This document shows positions 50,316 through 62,793 of a DNA stretch of 64,000 nucleotides, piece after piece (position 1 is the first letter of the stretch; every line of letters starts with the position of its first letter). Source of the stretch: Lama glama. Lineage: Eukaryota. Both the position numbers and the translations under genes were made by a program. The notes under the pieces were generated by a model. It was not told the DNA's origin. It saw only the letters and a list, made by a program, of their open reading frames with translations, and did not search any database. The DNA lies in contig CM052817.1 in the NCBI GenBank assembly GCA_028534125.1, positions 15,688,001 through 15,752,000 on the forward strand. The letters are read 5' to 3'.

Positions 50316-50444
50316 CGGTGTCTGCTCTGGGAGAGGGAGTGGTCTCACCCACCCGACATCCATCAGTTTCCATATTCTCTGCCTGATTCTTATAAACAGA
50401 ATGTAAATGGAGCATGGGAAGGGGAAAACAAAGAGAGGAAGAGA

Positions 50445-51950
50445 TAAATCATTCATCCATCCATTTATTCATTCAAAAAGCTTTTCTTGAGTGCTACTAG
50501 ATGAATCTGGGAAAGGTGTTGGGGAGTCAAATATATAAATGACACAGTCTTTGTCCTCCAGAAATTCAAGAATCTAGAGAAGAAAGGGAAACTGTGCCAA
50601 CAACGTAAAAGCAGAGTTTATTACTTAAGAGAAGTACTTAACCAAAATTAAAGGTTTAATAAAAAATTCCTAGAAGAAACAGCATTTGAGTTGAATCTTG
50701 TCAGAATTGACTAATTTTATGGTGGGCCTGCCGTGGGTCAGATACAGTGACAAGTGCTAAATAAATGTGAACAAAACAGACTCTGTTCCTGACATTGTGG
50801 AGCTAAATCCTGAGCAGGGTGCAGAGAGGGGTCTGGCAGCACAGGAGGAGGAGCTCAGAATCGAGCTGTAAAGGACAAATATTAGTTAACAATTATTGAA
50901 TGTTCTTATGTGCCAGATACCATACTAACTGCACCATCTTTAATCTTTACAACATCATTATATAGTGGATATTGTTACTTACATTTTAAAGGTGATCCAA
51001 CTGAAATTTAGAGAGCATAAATAACCTGCCTACCTTTACAGAGCTTGTAAGTATGGGATCGGGGGTGTGATCTTAGGTGTGCCGTACCCCAAAGCATGGG
51101 CTCTCTACCACGCAGGAGAGGGCTAGGGCAGGAGAGGGAGGGCATTCTAAGCCGAGGGAAAAGATTTTGCCAAGTTCTGACAACATGATAGAGTTTATTC
51201 TACAAGCTACAAAGGTGGAGGCAGAGTGGAGTTGAAGTATGGGGCAGGAATGGGGTTGAGAGCATGGTAAAAAATATTTAGGGAATGGTAGGTACCATTC
51301 GTAGATGAACTTACACTCAAACCAAATGCAATTGTGTTTGGTTCCAGAGAGCCATGTGAAACTATCAGTGGGCTCTAAATCAAAACAGGTAGGATAAAAT
51401 TCAAGTTTTAGAAGCCCTGTTTTGCTAAATGGAAGGTACAGTGGAATTGGTTATAACTGGAATAAGGAAGATGAAAAAGTATCAAGTTGCGATCTTTAAA
51501 AGACGTCGAATAAACAAGACTTAGTGACCTTAGATTTGGTGAAATTAGACTCGGTGATGAAAGGGAGGGAGGATTTATGATAACTCCTGAGTTTTGCCGG
51601 AACAGTTTGAGTTGATGATCACCTCTGAAAAAGGGACTATAAGTCAGTTTTTAGGGAGCAAGATGATGTGTTCAGTTTGGGACATATTGTTCTTAAACTT
51701 CCAGGAGAAACTCAAAAGAAAATGCCCAGTAGGTCTGTGAGTCTGAAGCTTGGGAGAGTGATTTGGGCGAGAGAAACTGATCTGGAAGTCATCTTCCATA
51801 GTCTTCAGGAAGTCACTGACTGTGGTCAAGGATACATCTCAAGGAGAACATGCATCAAGAAGGGAAAGACGACCAAAGGAAAAAGCCAGGGGAATATCAG
51901 CGTGAAAGAGAAGGAGAAGGAAAACCCCACAGGGGTGGAGAGAGAAAGAT
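50445..51950 (-). mobile_element. L2 fragments (3' end and body) with an embedded MIR at ~50885-51110
   Basis: tcattcatccatccatttattcattcaa tail; gttcagtttgggacatattg...gaaatgcccagtagg...gatctggaagtcatc; MIR tgtgccagatac...tttaatctttacaac. Confidence 0.75.
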
Positions 51951-52309
51951 GAGCGGCAACTGCACTATTTTTCTATGTCCATAGCGTGTTAGAACCAGAA
52001 GCCATCTGCGCCTTTCACTTTAGTGACGTGAAAAGTGGTGCTTGGAGAGGTAAACCACACACGCAAAAAACATACAGTTGGTCATGATTACAACCAGCTC
52101 TGCAGCCCTGAGCTGACCATAGGTTTTCTGTTGTTGTTTTCAGTTCCCTTAATCTGTCTAGAATAGTATATGGAATTGAAAAAAAAAATATATATATATA
52201 TATGTTTAAAAAGGCATCCTCTTGACATCAGATTTCATCACAGCTTTCCACTTTTTCGCAGGCATTTAATTGCCCGTTTGGGCCGCTAGGAAGAGAAGGG
52301 AGTGTATTC

Positions 52310-52450
52310 ATTGTTTCCCAGGTTCTTTTACATAGATTAGCCCAGGAAATGTCATAACCCTGCAAAATGGGCTTTATTTTCCCATTTTCTATGGAAGAAA
52401 CTGAAGCTAAGAAATGTAGAGAAATAACTTGGCTAGGATCACACAGCTAC
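52310..52450 (-). mobile_element. MIR core
   Basis: cccattttctatggaagaaactgaagct...taacttggctaggatcacacagcta. Confidence 0.75.
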
Positions 52451-54015
52451 GGTAGAAGATTATTTCACTGTCAGGTGGTCCTAATCACCCCTTTTGGCCA
52501 ACGTCTCAGGGGTCCAGTGCTGACTCCATATGCAAACTAGCCAGAAGGGACAATTTTAGTGGGTAATCTCAATAACAATACAAAGGAAGGCAGGTTCATT
52601 TAAAAGCTTTGTTCTCTGCCCTGGGGGACTGAGGTGGATTCCGAAGTGGAGCCACGGCTTTGAGGAAATCAGCGATGCCTTTCAAGAAATGCCAATAATT
52701 GAGAACTAGCTCCAGAGTTACGAACGGAGTCCGCACTTGTTACTTTCAGAGCAAGTCTCCCGTTGTGCAGGGGCCTCAGCCTCTCGTGTTGGAAAGGAGT
52801 TAATGTAGTCAAAATATGACATGCTATTTTTATTCCTCACCCAGATCAGCCGTAGTTTAACAATGCATTTCAAAGCGCGGCTGATGGAAGCTCCACCTGA
52901 AACCTGTTCTCCCAGATACATATCTCCATCCCATTCATCGTCTCAAGAAAGGAAATCTTACTGCACGACAGCATTTTCATCTGCTTTGGTTTCAGCTAGA
53001 GATAAATTGCGCCGGCTGCAAACTAATTAATATCAGTCACCTGGAAAGTAGAACTTGGGAGACAACAGGCTTCTTTCTTGATAAACAGATTGCTGGGTAG
53101 GGGATGCACACGGATGTGACAATTCATTCGGCCGTAGACACAGCAGAATTGAGACTTTGGGGACAGGTACTTGGAAGGCAGGAGCAAACCTCCCCGGCTT
53201 CAGCCATTTGAGCTCAGGTGGGGTTTTTGTGTTGAGTTACAAGCTTCCCCAAGTCCTCTGGATCAGCAGAAATCTCTGTGGCCCTGGAGAAGTTCCCCTA
53301 AAACTATAACCAGAATGTTAGATTAATGACCACCTCCTGGGGAAGCTGGTTCTGCAGCCCAGTCATCAGCAGCCATCCCCCCTTGCCTGATCCCACTCCC
53401 ACTTGGCTAAAGAACTGTAAACATTGGCCTGGGTGATGTGTACTTCAAGGAATCCAAAATCAAAACCATGCAGCTAGGAAAGAAAAGCAAAATACGTTTA
53501 GAAACCGGAAGCAGCAGACAGATTCCCCCAGAACTAGCCTGGGCGGGGAGAAGTCGGGAAGCTCTGAGGAAAGGCGGCCCGTGCTTCACGTGGACCAGGT
53601 GGAGGAGGCTTGTCGTGACCGCCCTCCAGTGAAGACATCACTGTCACAGAAAACGCTCGTTTCAGGGGGTGGTTCTTTGAATGAGGCAGGAGAGGGAATG
53701 TGCCACCGTTTGAGTACCCCTTACACGCAGTTTCTCAGAGAAGGTTTGAGCCATCATATTCCCAGATCGAGAATCATAAGTTGCCCTTTTTATAGAAGCT
53801 TGAGAAGAAGAATCTTCCAGAAATGATTCAGAGCCAGGGCATTTGGTGATTCATTTAGCAAAAACTGAAAATCCTGCCAATTTCTGTTCACTTATCCAGT
53901 CAGTGGGACAGCATCCTCACCAACTCAAAGGGCCAAAGGTAAATTAATAAATTAGAATATGATATTATGGTTGCTGCGATAGGTGTATATGAAGAAGACA
54001 TAAAAATGAAGGAGC

Positions 54016-54282
54016 CAGACTCATAGACATAGAGAACAAACTTACAGTTATGGGGTGGGGGGAAGGGGTGGGGAGGGATAAATCGGGAGTCTGGGAATTG
54101 CAGATACTCCTACTATATACCAAATAGATGGACAGCAAGGTCCTACGGTCTAGCACAGGGAATATATGCAATACCTTGTAATGTCCTATAATGGAAAGAA
54201 CATATATATAACTAAGTCGCTATGCTGTGCAGCAGAAATTTACACAACATTGTAAATCGACTACACTTCAATTAAAAAAAAA
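54016..54282 (+). mobile_element. Cetartiodactyl-type L1 3' end, 5'-truncated
   Basis: cagactcatagacatagagaacaaactta...G-rich tract...aaggtcctacggtctagcacaggg...ttgtaaatcgactacacttcaattaaaaaaa; degenerate TSD aaaaatg(aa)ggag[c/t]cag. Confidence 0.9.
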
Positions 54283-54599
54283 TGGGAGTCAGCTCTACAA
54301 ATCTAGGGCAGAACATGGGGAGAGAGAGGTCTGGAAAATTCTTCTGGAGAAGGTAACACTTGAACCAAGTCAATGAAAGATGGCAAGTGTTCATAAGCAG
54401 GCAGATTAGGGAGATCTTGAACATTCCCCGCTCAAGGCGCGATCCGGAGAAGGAGAAATTTACCACTTCTGATTCTTCCGCTGCTTAGTTCCACGCATCA
54501 AGGTGAGCTCTTGTAATAAAGGCCCATGAAGCTTTCACTGTCTCGTCTCCCTTATGAGTAACAGATTTGTTGCCATAGATCTTGGGACATTCCTGTATT

Positions 54600-54730
54600 A
54601 TTTGCTCATTCTATGTGTGCATTCATTCATTTGCAAATTGCCTGAGGACAGGGTCTCTCTTTCATTGATTTTTGCTACTTTGGTGACTAAAACAGTGTCT
54701 GGGACATAGGCATTTTTCTAAAGTTTGTCA
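54600..54730 (+). mobile_element. L2 3' fragment
   Basis: cctgaggacagggtctctct...taaaacagtgtctgggacatagg. Confidence 0.6.
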
Positions 54731-57084
54731 AGCACTGTGTAAACCTCCACACTTGCTTAGGAGTTTCTTAAATGGAAGAACTACACAATTCATCCCTTCC
54801 AGGTCCAGCTGAAGTGGGTATTAAATAAATATTTAATGAATGCCTAAATAAGTGGGAAAGAAAGTCCCTTAAATATTGAGACTATAAAGGAACACTACAT
54901 CTCCTTGCGGGAACCCACTCAAACTTCACCATGACTGTGAAGGCAGTGACACACTGGCTATACATCCTTCTGACCGCCCAGTGTCATTGTCCCTTCCAGC
55001 CTTCCTCCAGGTAGTGAGGGCTTCGGTATCCAGACTTCTCTCACTTTTGATCAGACACAACCACCTGTCATCTTGAAATGATCTGAGCAACAGTGAGCTG
55101 GAACTGGTAATGGCCAGAGTTTATCATCTTTCCCAAGAGAACTTTCAGTTTAATTCAAAAATACAAGAATCACCAAGTGTTGAATTTCCATCTTCTATTG
55201 GTTGAGCCACAGAAGATACATTTTAGAGTAAGGAATCTGCCATGAACCTCTCAGCTCTTCCTATGGGTGCAGCTGCCTTATCTGTACTTAGGTGGAGTCC
55301 GCCTCCCTTCTTGCCACACCTGACTGGTCAGTCAGTATCCCTGTTGTCCTCATGGACTCTGTTCTGCATGGGCTTGTTCTTGGCAGGGTGTTACTGGTTC
55401 ATGGTCTGATATTTTACTGTGCCCAGCAACTTGTGGTGTCACTGAAACAACTATGACAGCCCATTTCCTAACACAAACTCTACCACTGTGTGACCTGAAG
55501 CCAGGGACTTACAGTCTGCGACCCTGAGCATCCTTGATTGTGCCCTCAAAGACCCTCATCGTGACATTCACTCTGTAATTCTTTCAGTTTTATTTATCTT
55601 CTCAAATAGAGTCCATGAAGTCAGTGGATATGATATTTCACTTCATCTTACTCTTAAGTTTCCTTTGGGAGGGGGAGGGGCAGCCTTGGAGGGGTGTAAG
55701 AGTTGCCACAAATCTTGCATAACTTGTTACTCATGATGATTCATTAACCTGTCAAGAGGTTCACAGCTCATCCAAGCTTCTTAAACAACCCATTCAGTCT
55801 CAGCCCTGGGCCTGATCTGTGTAGAGAGTTGGAAAACTCATAGCAACAGAGAGCTCTGGAAATGAAATAGCATCTCTATATTTGTTGGCTGATGGGGGAG
55901 ACATGAAGGAGAAGGGACATACCCGATGGAGAAGTTGCATCTTCTGCCATCCAGACTGACCTTAGGACCACCTCCTTCTTGAATTTAAATATTCACTGTG
56001 TACAGTGGTTCTCAGTACAGAAAGGCCACCCCCCTCAAGGAGAACCATGCCTTCCAAACAGATCCACAAACCAAGTTCTAACCAGATTCCCCCAGGGAAA
56101 AAAAAAAAATACTGCATTTCCTCTATGAAGCCCAACCTCCTTTCAACAAATCCTTTCTTACTTGGCCCATGAAATGAATCACAAAGAGATTATTTTCTGG
56201 GAACATTGGTAGAAAAACCCTGATGCAGACAGTTCCCTTTCTGATTGCAGCCTGACTTCCACTTATTGAATATCGCATCAAGTAGTGGTTCAGGGATTTC
56301 AAAGGAGAGCTCAGCAAAAGACGAAAAAAAAAATTAGCCCGAAAAGTTTTTCAAGGTGCCTACTGCAGAGTTATCAGGTCAGAGATCTAAATGTCAGCGC
56401 TATATGCCTGATTTGCACATTTCAAACCAATTTGGTAATATTTTTTCATTTTTATCTGCACGCATGAAGTGCTTTGGAATACTGAAACAATTTAGAATCA
56501 TATTTCGTTTGCAACAGTTCAATTAACTTAAGTGCTGAAACATGCTCCCCAGCTGGTAACTAGTTTAATCGGTTACTATTACAAGAAATAATTTCTTCAG
56601 TGCTGGGGCTCCCCAATGTCCTCTCTAGAGAGGGCATGACCACTCACAGGTATGTTGGGAATGGGAAGTTTAAGGATCTGGCAAATATCTCTGACTTAAC
56701 AAAGAAGAAAAATCAGAATCCATTCTATTATTTAAAAAAAAAAAAAACAACCTACCTAGGTATGGGTTTCCAACTTCAGCTGTGATTTTATGATCTCCTA
56801 TTCCCTTGGAACAACTTCATAACCACTCAGTAAGTAGGAGAAAGGTTTGGATCAAGGGTCAAAGACTTTTAAAGATATTGCATAAATGCACTTACCCATG
56901 AGCCAAAGTGATAAATAGGAAACCAAGATGAATGTAAGGAATGCTGTGAAGAATGATTAGCTGGGACAGTTGGAGCAGCTGCTATGGCAACTCCAAACAC
57001 CTGGAAAGAAGGATTTCCTTCTGGCTTACAGCAAGGCTGAATTGTTCTAATTGCATTTGCATTAAAAGGCACCACTGGCAAATT

Positions 57085-57400
57085 GCTGAAAGGATACATA
57101 CAGTAGAACATTATGTAAATTTTCAAAAGACACAAAATAATACTGCATCTTACTTTTCGATACACGGAAATGTAGTTAAGAGAAAAAGAAATGGATGGGA
57201 ATAACAACACACTAACTGCAGGAGACAGGTCTACGGAGGAGGGAAGGGGAAAAAAAGAGATGGGGATGTGATTAGTTTTAAAAGCAATCTTAAGCATAGA
57301 GGGTAAAATGTTAAGATCTCATAAATCTAGGAAGTGAATACATAGGGTTTTACTCTATTATTTCATGCACTTACCTGTCTGTTTGAAATGTTTTTTAATT
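57085..57400 (+). mobile_element. Old L1ME-type 3' end
   Basis: aaaatgttaagatc...aaatctaggaagtgaatacatagggttt...tgtttgaaatgttttttaat. Confidence 0.6.
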
Positions 57401-58224
57401 GAGGCTTAAAAACATTTTTGAAAGAGTCTGTGACAATGTCTATTTTGCAGCCATTGTTAAACCTTTGTTGGAATGTTTTCTCTCACTATGGAGACGGAAG
57501 CCCTGGACTATTTTTTTAAGGTTCATAGAATTCCAAAGACCAAAGTCCGTGATCAACTACCCCTCTCTCCCTCTTTGTAATTTTAGCTGATCTCGTGGAG
57601 CTCGGCCACTGGGTTGCAAATGAAGCCCAAATATTGCAGTGTTAGAAACTGTGTCCTCTTTTCTCTGCCACTGGTGCCAGACACAACGTGAACATGACCC
57701 CACAAAGGCCACCCATAAACCCGACCTGTGAGTGTCTTGTGACTGATTTCCTCAGCGATCTTAAGACCTAACTGTAGAAGGGTTAGCGCTATAGAGAGAA
57801 AGCCAGACAAAGACCTCTGCGAAATGTTGAGAAGGTACTCTGTCATGACTAGCTGATATTCAAGATAACAATGACCAAACAGGAAATAGGAGGTGTTCAG
57901 TCAAAAGATGGCCAGTCAAGATGCCTGTAGCTTGTCACAAATCCTAGCTTTAAACCAGAAACTTTTCAACAGTGCTTGGAAAACCATAAAGAGCTGTAAA
58001 ATATTGATGATTGTTATCACTGATGGAATACCTCAGTGGTAATGGTCAATCAGCTCTAAAGTCATTTGAATATAGAGAGGAGGTCTACTTTGTTGAAAGC
58101 TGATTGGCTTTTAAATCAAATTGTGTACCGCGGGATTACAGCACTTTGCCATTCCTGCCCATTAAGGATGAGAATCTCTGGCCTCAACCTCACAGACGTT
58201 ACACAGCAAAATATTTCCCATAAA

Positions 58225-58504
58225 ACACACACACACACACAAATATATACATACATGTATACACATAGAGTTGACCCTTGGGCAGCACAGATTTGAACTG
58301 CCAGTGTCCACCTGTACGTGGGTTTTTAAGTATGGATTTTTAAATATGATGTGATGCAGAACCATGGATATGGAGGCCTGACTGCAAAGTTATTCTCAGA
58401 TTTTTGACTGTGTATGTTGTAGGCACTCCTAACCCCCGTGTTATTCAAGGGTCAGGTGTACATATACACATATACACACATGTATATGTATGCACACACA
58501 CACC
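58225..58504. repeat. Imperfect CA/TA microsatellite split by the Tigger MITE
   Basis: acacacacacacacac...atatatacatacatgtatacaca left; catatacacatatacacacatgtat...cacacacacac right. Confidence 0.8.
58268..58458 (+). mobile_element. TcMar-Tigger MITE (Tigger2-derived, MER8-like)
   Basis: TIRs gagttgacccttg / caagggtcaggtg; TA TSD at 58266-58267 and 58459-58460; internal tttgaactgc..gtccac and cctaacccccgtgtt. Confidence 0.85.
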
Positions 58505-58529
58505 CACGCTCTCTCACCCCAGTGCCCTG

Positions 58530-58655
58530 CTGGTGCTAACAGTGAATACACAGTTTATTTTTTCTTACTGTATTGCAACTAGCCCCTTCTGTTCCTAGTA
58601 CCTGGTGTGGTTTCCGGCCTATATGAAGTGTTCAGTGAACATGGACAGAATGAAC
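58530..58655 (+). mobile_element. L2 3' end
   Basis: gttcctagtacctggtgtggtttccggcctatatgaagtgttcagtgaac...gaatgaa. Confidence 0.55.
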
Positions 58656-58829
58656 GCGTTATCTGCACAGTCTGGCTCTCACAAGGTGGTAACAGCAAAA
58701 CCACACAAACTGTGCAATCGCTTCCAATGAAAAAATGCTACCCTTTGGGCATCGGTATTTTATTGGTAGAGGCATTATCTATAGCACAATAGCCAATTAA
58801 GTAAATTTGGGGTCAACTGGACTTCACCC

Positions 58830-58990
58830 AAATCTTGGCAGTTACTTCTCTGCACTTCCGCTTCCTCACCGACAGGATGAGAATAGCTGTACTCCTGCCT
58901 CATCCATTAGTTAGGAGGGTTTGTTAAGAAAATTCACATACAGGGTTAAGCAAAGTGACCCCAAGACTGCAAGCCCACAGTAAATATTCA
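58830..58990 (+). mobile_element. MIR SINE
   Basis: tcttggcagttacttctctgcacttccgcttcctcac...cagtaaatatt. Confidence 0.55.
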
Positions 58991-59707
58991 TTGCTATCAT
59001 CACGGTCATTAGCTTCATCTTCATTGTTGTAGTCGCACCTTCAATTGGCTGGACTTTCAAATGGAGGCTAGAGTTTCCACATTAGCCTCCTTTTACTGCA
59101 ACAAAAAAATTCATCTAACTTGAAAATTAAGATATTAGAAGAGAAGTGTCAGATCAAGTTGAAACTGCTGAGCAGCGAGAGAGCCAGGTATGCCACTAAG
59201 ACCTAATTCTAAGACGGGAAGCCTCCAAACTGATCAAGTTCCCAAATGGCATTGGTTAAGGCTAAGTTTTTAGGAGTGTGGGAAAAAAGAAAATAATGCC
59301 TTTAAATCACCCCAATGCCATGAATTCGAATGTCTGCATGGTACCTAACAGGTATGAATTTTGAAGGGGTTCAAGTTTAACCTTCAAAGTGCTGGAAGTC
59401 TGTGAAGCTGCCTTGCTGCAGATGGCTATTCTGGGGACAGAAAACCTGAATGAATCAAAAGTAAGAAATGGGATCTCCTGCAACGCATCCTTGGGACGTG
59501 AAGAGCCCTGTTTATTGTATGCACACAGGGGAAGTTTTTTTTTTTTTTTCAATCGTTCCATAAAAATAAAGCTGCAAAACATGGTTATGGACATCCCTAA
59601 GAGCCTCCCACCCATCTAGTAGCCCAGGCAATCAACAGAATTTTAATAACTCCTCCAAGCAAACGCCAGGTGGGTCAAGGCCAGCTGCTGTTGAGCTAAC
59701 ACTGAAC

Positions 59708-59732
59708 CACACACACACACACACACACACAC
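59708..59732. repeat. (CA)12 microsatellite
   Basis: Perfect CA run. Confidence 0.95.
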
Positions 59733-62700
59733 CTATAGAACCAGCTTTGTAAGGGCCAATCTCTCATTCACAGCTCCACAGGCTGAGCTGTACAATTGCC
59801 CCTTTTGTTTATATAATCCCATAGAACGAGTCGGTACAAAAGGCAAGTAAGAAACCATGGGGAATCTGTGTCCAAACCTTGCTTTGTACCTGAAGTTCAA
59901 TTGTGTTTGGTTAACTTTCTATTTATTCCTTCTCTTTCCTTCAGCTGACCTTTCTAGTCTTGGTCTTTGCCATGGTGTGTTGTGGCAGAACGTGGCTCAA
60001 TGAGACTCTGGCACCATGTGACAAATGAACTCTTATGAGCTCTCTGTGAATTGTTTCATTCATCAGGTGTGTACATGGACACTCCCTTTGTACACCACCA
60101 TTCCTGCCATGAAAAATGGGGAAATGTCAGCCCTGACACACAGGTACCTCCTATCCTCAGACGCAGAGGCCAGACATGAGGTGGTGAGCTCCAATTCTTG
60201 CTTTCCCTCCAATCGTTCTCCTGCCGAATGGTCTGACCTGCAATTCGGATGTTGACCCTGGGAAAGACAGCTCACGGAATAGTACCAGGATGTTTTGTTC
60301 CATGTAGCCAGATAACTGGAGGAAAATCAGGCCATGCAATGCCCTTGATCATTAAGTCACCTCAAATGAAAGTAGCATGGCCGCATCACGCTGTGTGACC
60401 CGTTTACCAACTTTTCCTTCTCTAGGAAGTGGAGTAATTAATCATCATTCCGGGACAGTGAACACATAGTCCTACCAACAAACAGTGAAGCGCTTACAGA
60501 GGGCCGTACCTCTGAGCACTATGAAACGTGAGTCACTTGATTAAAGGGTAAAGCAATCAAGCTGCAGACTGCTAAATGGTTAAACTAGGAGCGAGCGCAG
60601 TCTCATTTTCTTTTAAGTCTTTTAAGTGCACTGTGGAGCTCTGGTTGGAATTAGCCAGAGACCTGGCTGGAAACGAAGTGTGAGAGCATTGATAGGAATG
60701 ATTTTCAACACCACCAAAGTCAATCAAAGGGAAGTACCTACGAATTCCCTCAACGACTAGCTGGAGGGCGTTGTGCGTTAACTGTTTTACTACAGCCCCT
60801 TCTTTCCCCATCACTTAGTATCGTTAGAGAAGCTCAACAATAGTCCTGAACAGCGGCAAAAATAAATTCTCTCCAATTAAGTAGTCTAATACGCTATTTA
60901 GGATTTTAGCACTTAACATTCTTTCCTTCCCATTTAATTTCCGCTTTCACTTGGATGTCATCTTGTTGGAAATCCATCACAGAAAACTATGTGGGGGAAA
61001 AAAAAGATAATGTTGCCAAGGGCTCCTGATGTTCAAAACCGAGCAGAAGCATAATATTTTTTCCTAAATCACCCCAGGATTTTCCCTAATCGTTCAGCTT
61101 CTTCCTACTAAAGAAATTAATATATGAAAATATATGAAAATGGTCAATATGCAAATTCAAATATCACACTAGCTACTTGCCTTCAGTAAGGGCTATATGC
61201 ATAAATTTGGAACAGTATCATATTTTAAGGTGCTTGATTATAATAATGTCTTGGTGTGCATATGTGCATGTGTAATGATGCTCATTTAATTTAATCATGA
61301 AAATATTATAGGGTCATTTGGCTTTCTCCTCCAAAAGTTCTCTCACTTTTGTCAATTAGTTCCACGTTGCCCCTTTTATAAGTCAGCCAATGGTAAGTAA
61401 TGGTTTTAGGGTTAGAAGGAGTATCACAATCTTATAGAATTATGGACAAGGAAAGAGGTGTATGGGAAGGCGGTGGCATCTGGTCCTTAGCATATATCCT
61501 AATCAAGAAACAGTGTTAGACTTTTCAGTAGAACCCAGTCCTAGAAACACCCGAATTTTAAAGTCATTTCTTCCTGCAAGTTTCCAGTGTCCCTGAATGC
61601 TGAGAATTTGCCCCCGGGGCAGTCACCTGATTACAACAGAAGCCTTGGAAACCAGTTCATGTGACCTGCGCATTCCACATGCTTGACTGGAGTGGAGCTT
61701 TGGGGACTTTGCAGAATTACTGGAATCACAAGGGGGGCACTGAGGGGAGCAGGAGGGCGGAGGGCATTTAACTTCACCACACACTGAAAGAGTAGATAAC
61801 ATCATGGCAAGTGGCATAAAAAGGACCATCTTGAATGAGAGGGAAGAAACCTGACGCAAAGGTCATTGCATATTACCCCTCCCCCACCCAGGAAATCTTA
61901 TTTTCTTTCCCACAGAAAAACTTTGTTCCTCTTCCCCAACATGTTAACAGAGAGCAGTGAAAAGAAATAGGCTGCTTTGTGCCCATCAATAGAATCTATA
62001 TAACGTCTTTTCCCCCAGGGATTAATTCAGCCTTTGATTAAATCTTTCTGAGATTTAAATCATGGTGTTACAAACCTCCAAGGAGCGCCTCTGTGAGCTG
62101 TGACCTTCTTTATTACCCTCTGCTGTTTGATAAAGCGCGAAGATTGATTTATAATAGTGTATCATGTGTTTGAAAACAAGGACTCGCAAGAAAGAATGGC
62201 AGAATGTAAGATTAATACAAGTAACTATTGCAAAAAGGGACACCTTGGTTAAAATATTTTGTAATTAATACTGAGTTACAACTGTGTAGCTAGTAACAAC
62301 TAGTGTCAAATGAGCACACTAACGCTCTTAGAGCTGTAAAATACAGCTGTAAAATGGTTAGCTAAATAATGCGACAGTGAAAACTGGCAACGCTGAAAAA
62401 GAATTTTGAACTAATATCACATTGTATACTTTAAACAGATTTAGTGTGGAGGACTTCTGAATTGAAACAAGCTCCTTTTAAATAAACTGTTCATATCCAG
62501 TGTTCACTTATTTTTGTCAGCCTAATTTTGGTTTCAATAATTATTTCACCATTAGTATCATCAAGGATGGAAGTGATTTAATGTTTGAGGACAACGTCAA
62601 ATGAATCCTTTGTCTCTAATCAGGATGTTCCTCTACAAGACTAGCGGCTACTACTTTTTTTTTTTCCTTAAAAATCCCTCTTTACCCTCAAAAAGGTTTT

Positions 62701-62793
62701 AAGGGCAAGGAGTTAGCCCTTAAAAAGGAAGACTTTTGTTATTCTATTGCCCTTTCTAATTCCAGCCAGAAGACTAAAAATGTTCTATACAGT

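Noticed and set aside
50027..50456. Four ORFs spanning the N run
   Set aside because: Artefacts of translating through the assembly gap.
54052..54077. Strong G-quadruplex motif
   Set aside because: Real motif, but it is the ordinary G-rich tract of the L1 3' UTR and not specific to this locus.
57587..57727. Plus-strand exon candidate (ttttag| ... CCT|GTGAGT)
   Set aside because: Stops in all three frames, a weak donor context, and no independent support.
61121..61140. Short direct duplications (tatatgaaaa x2; similar at ~29981, ~34571, ~62332)
   Set aside because: Ordinary 9-11 bp slippage duplications with no higher-order periodicity.
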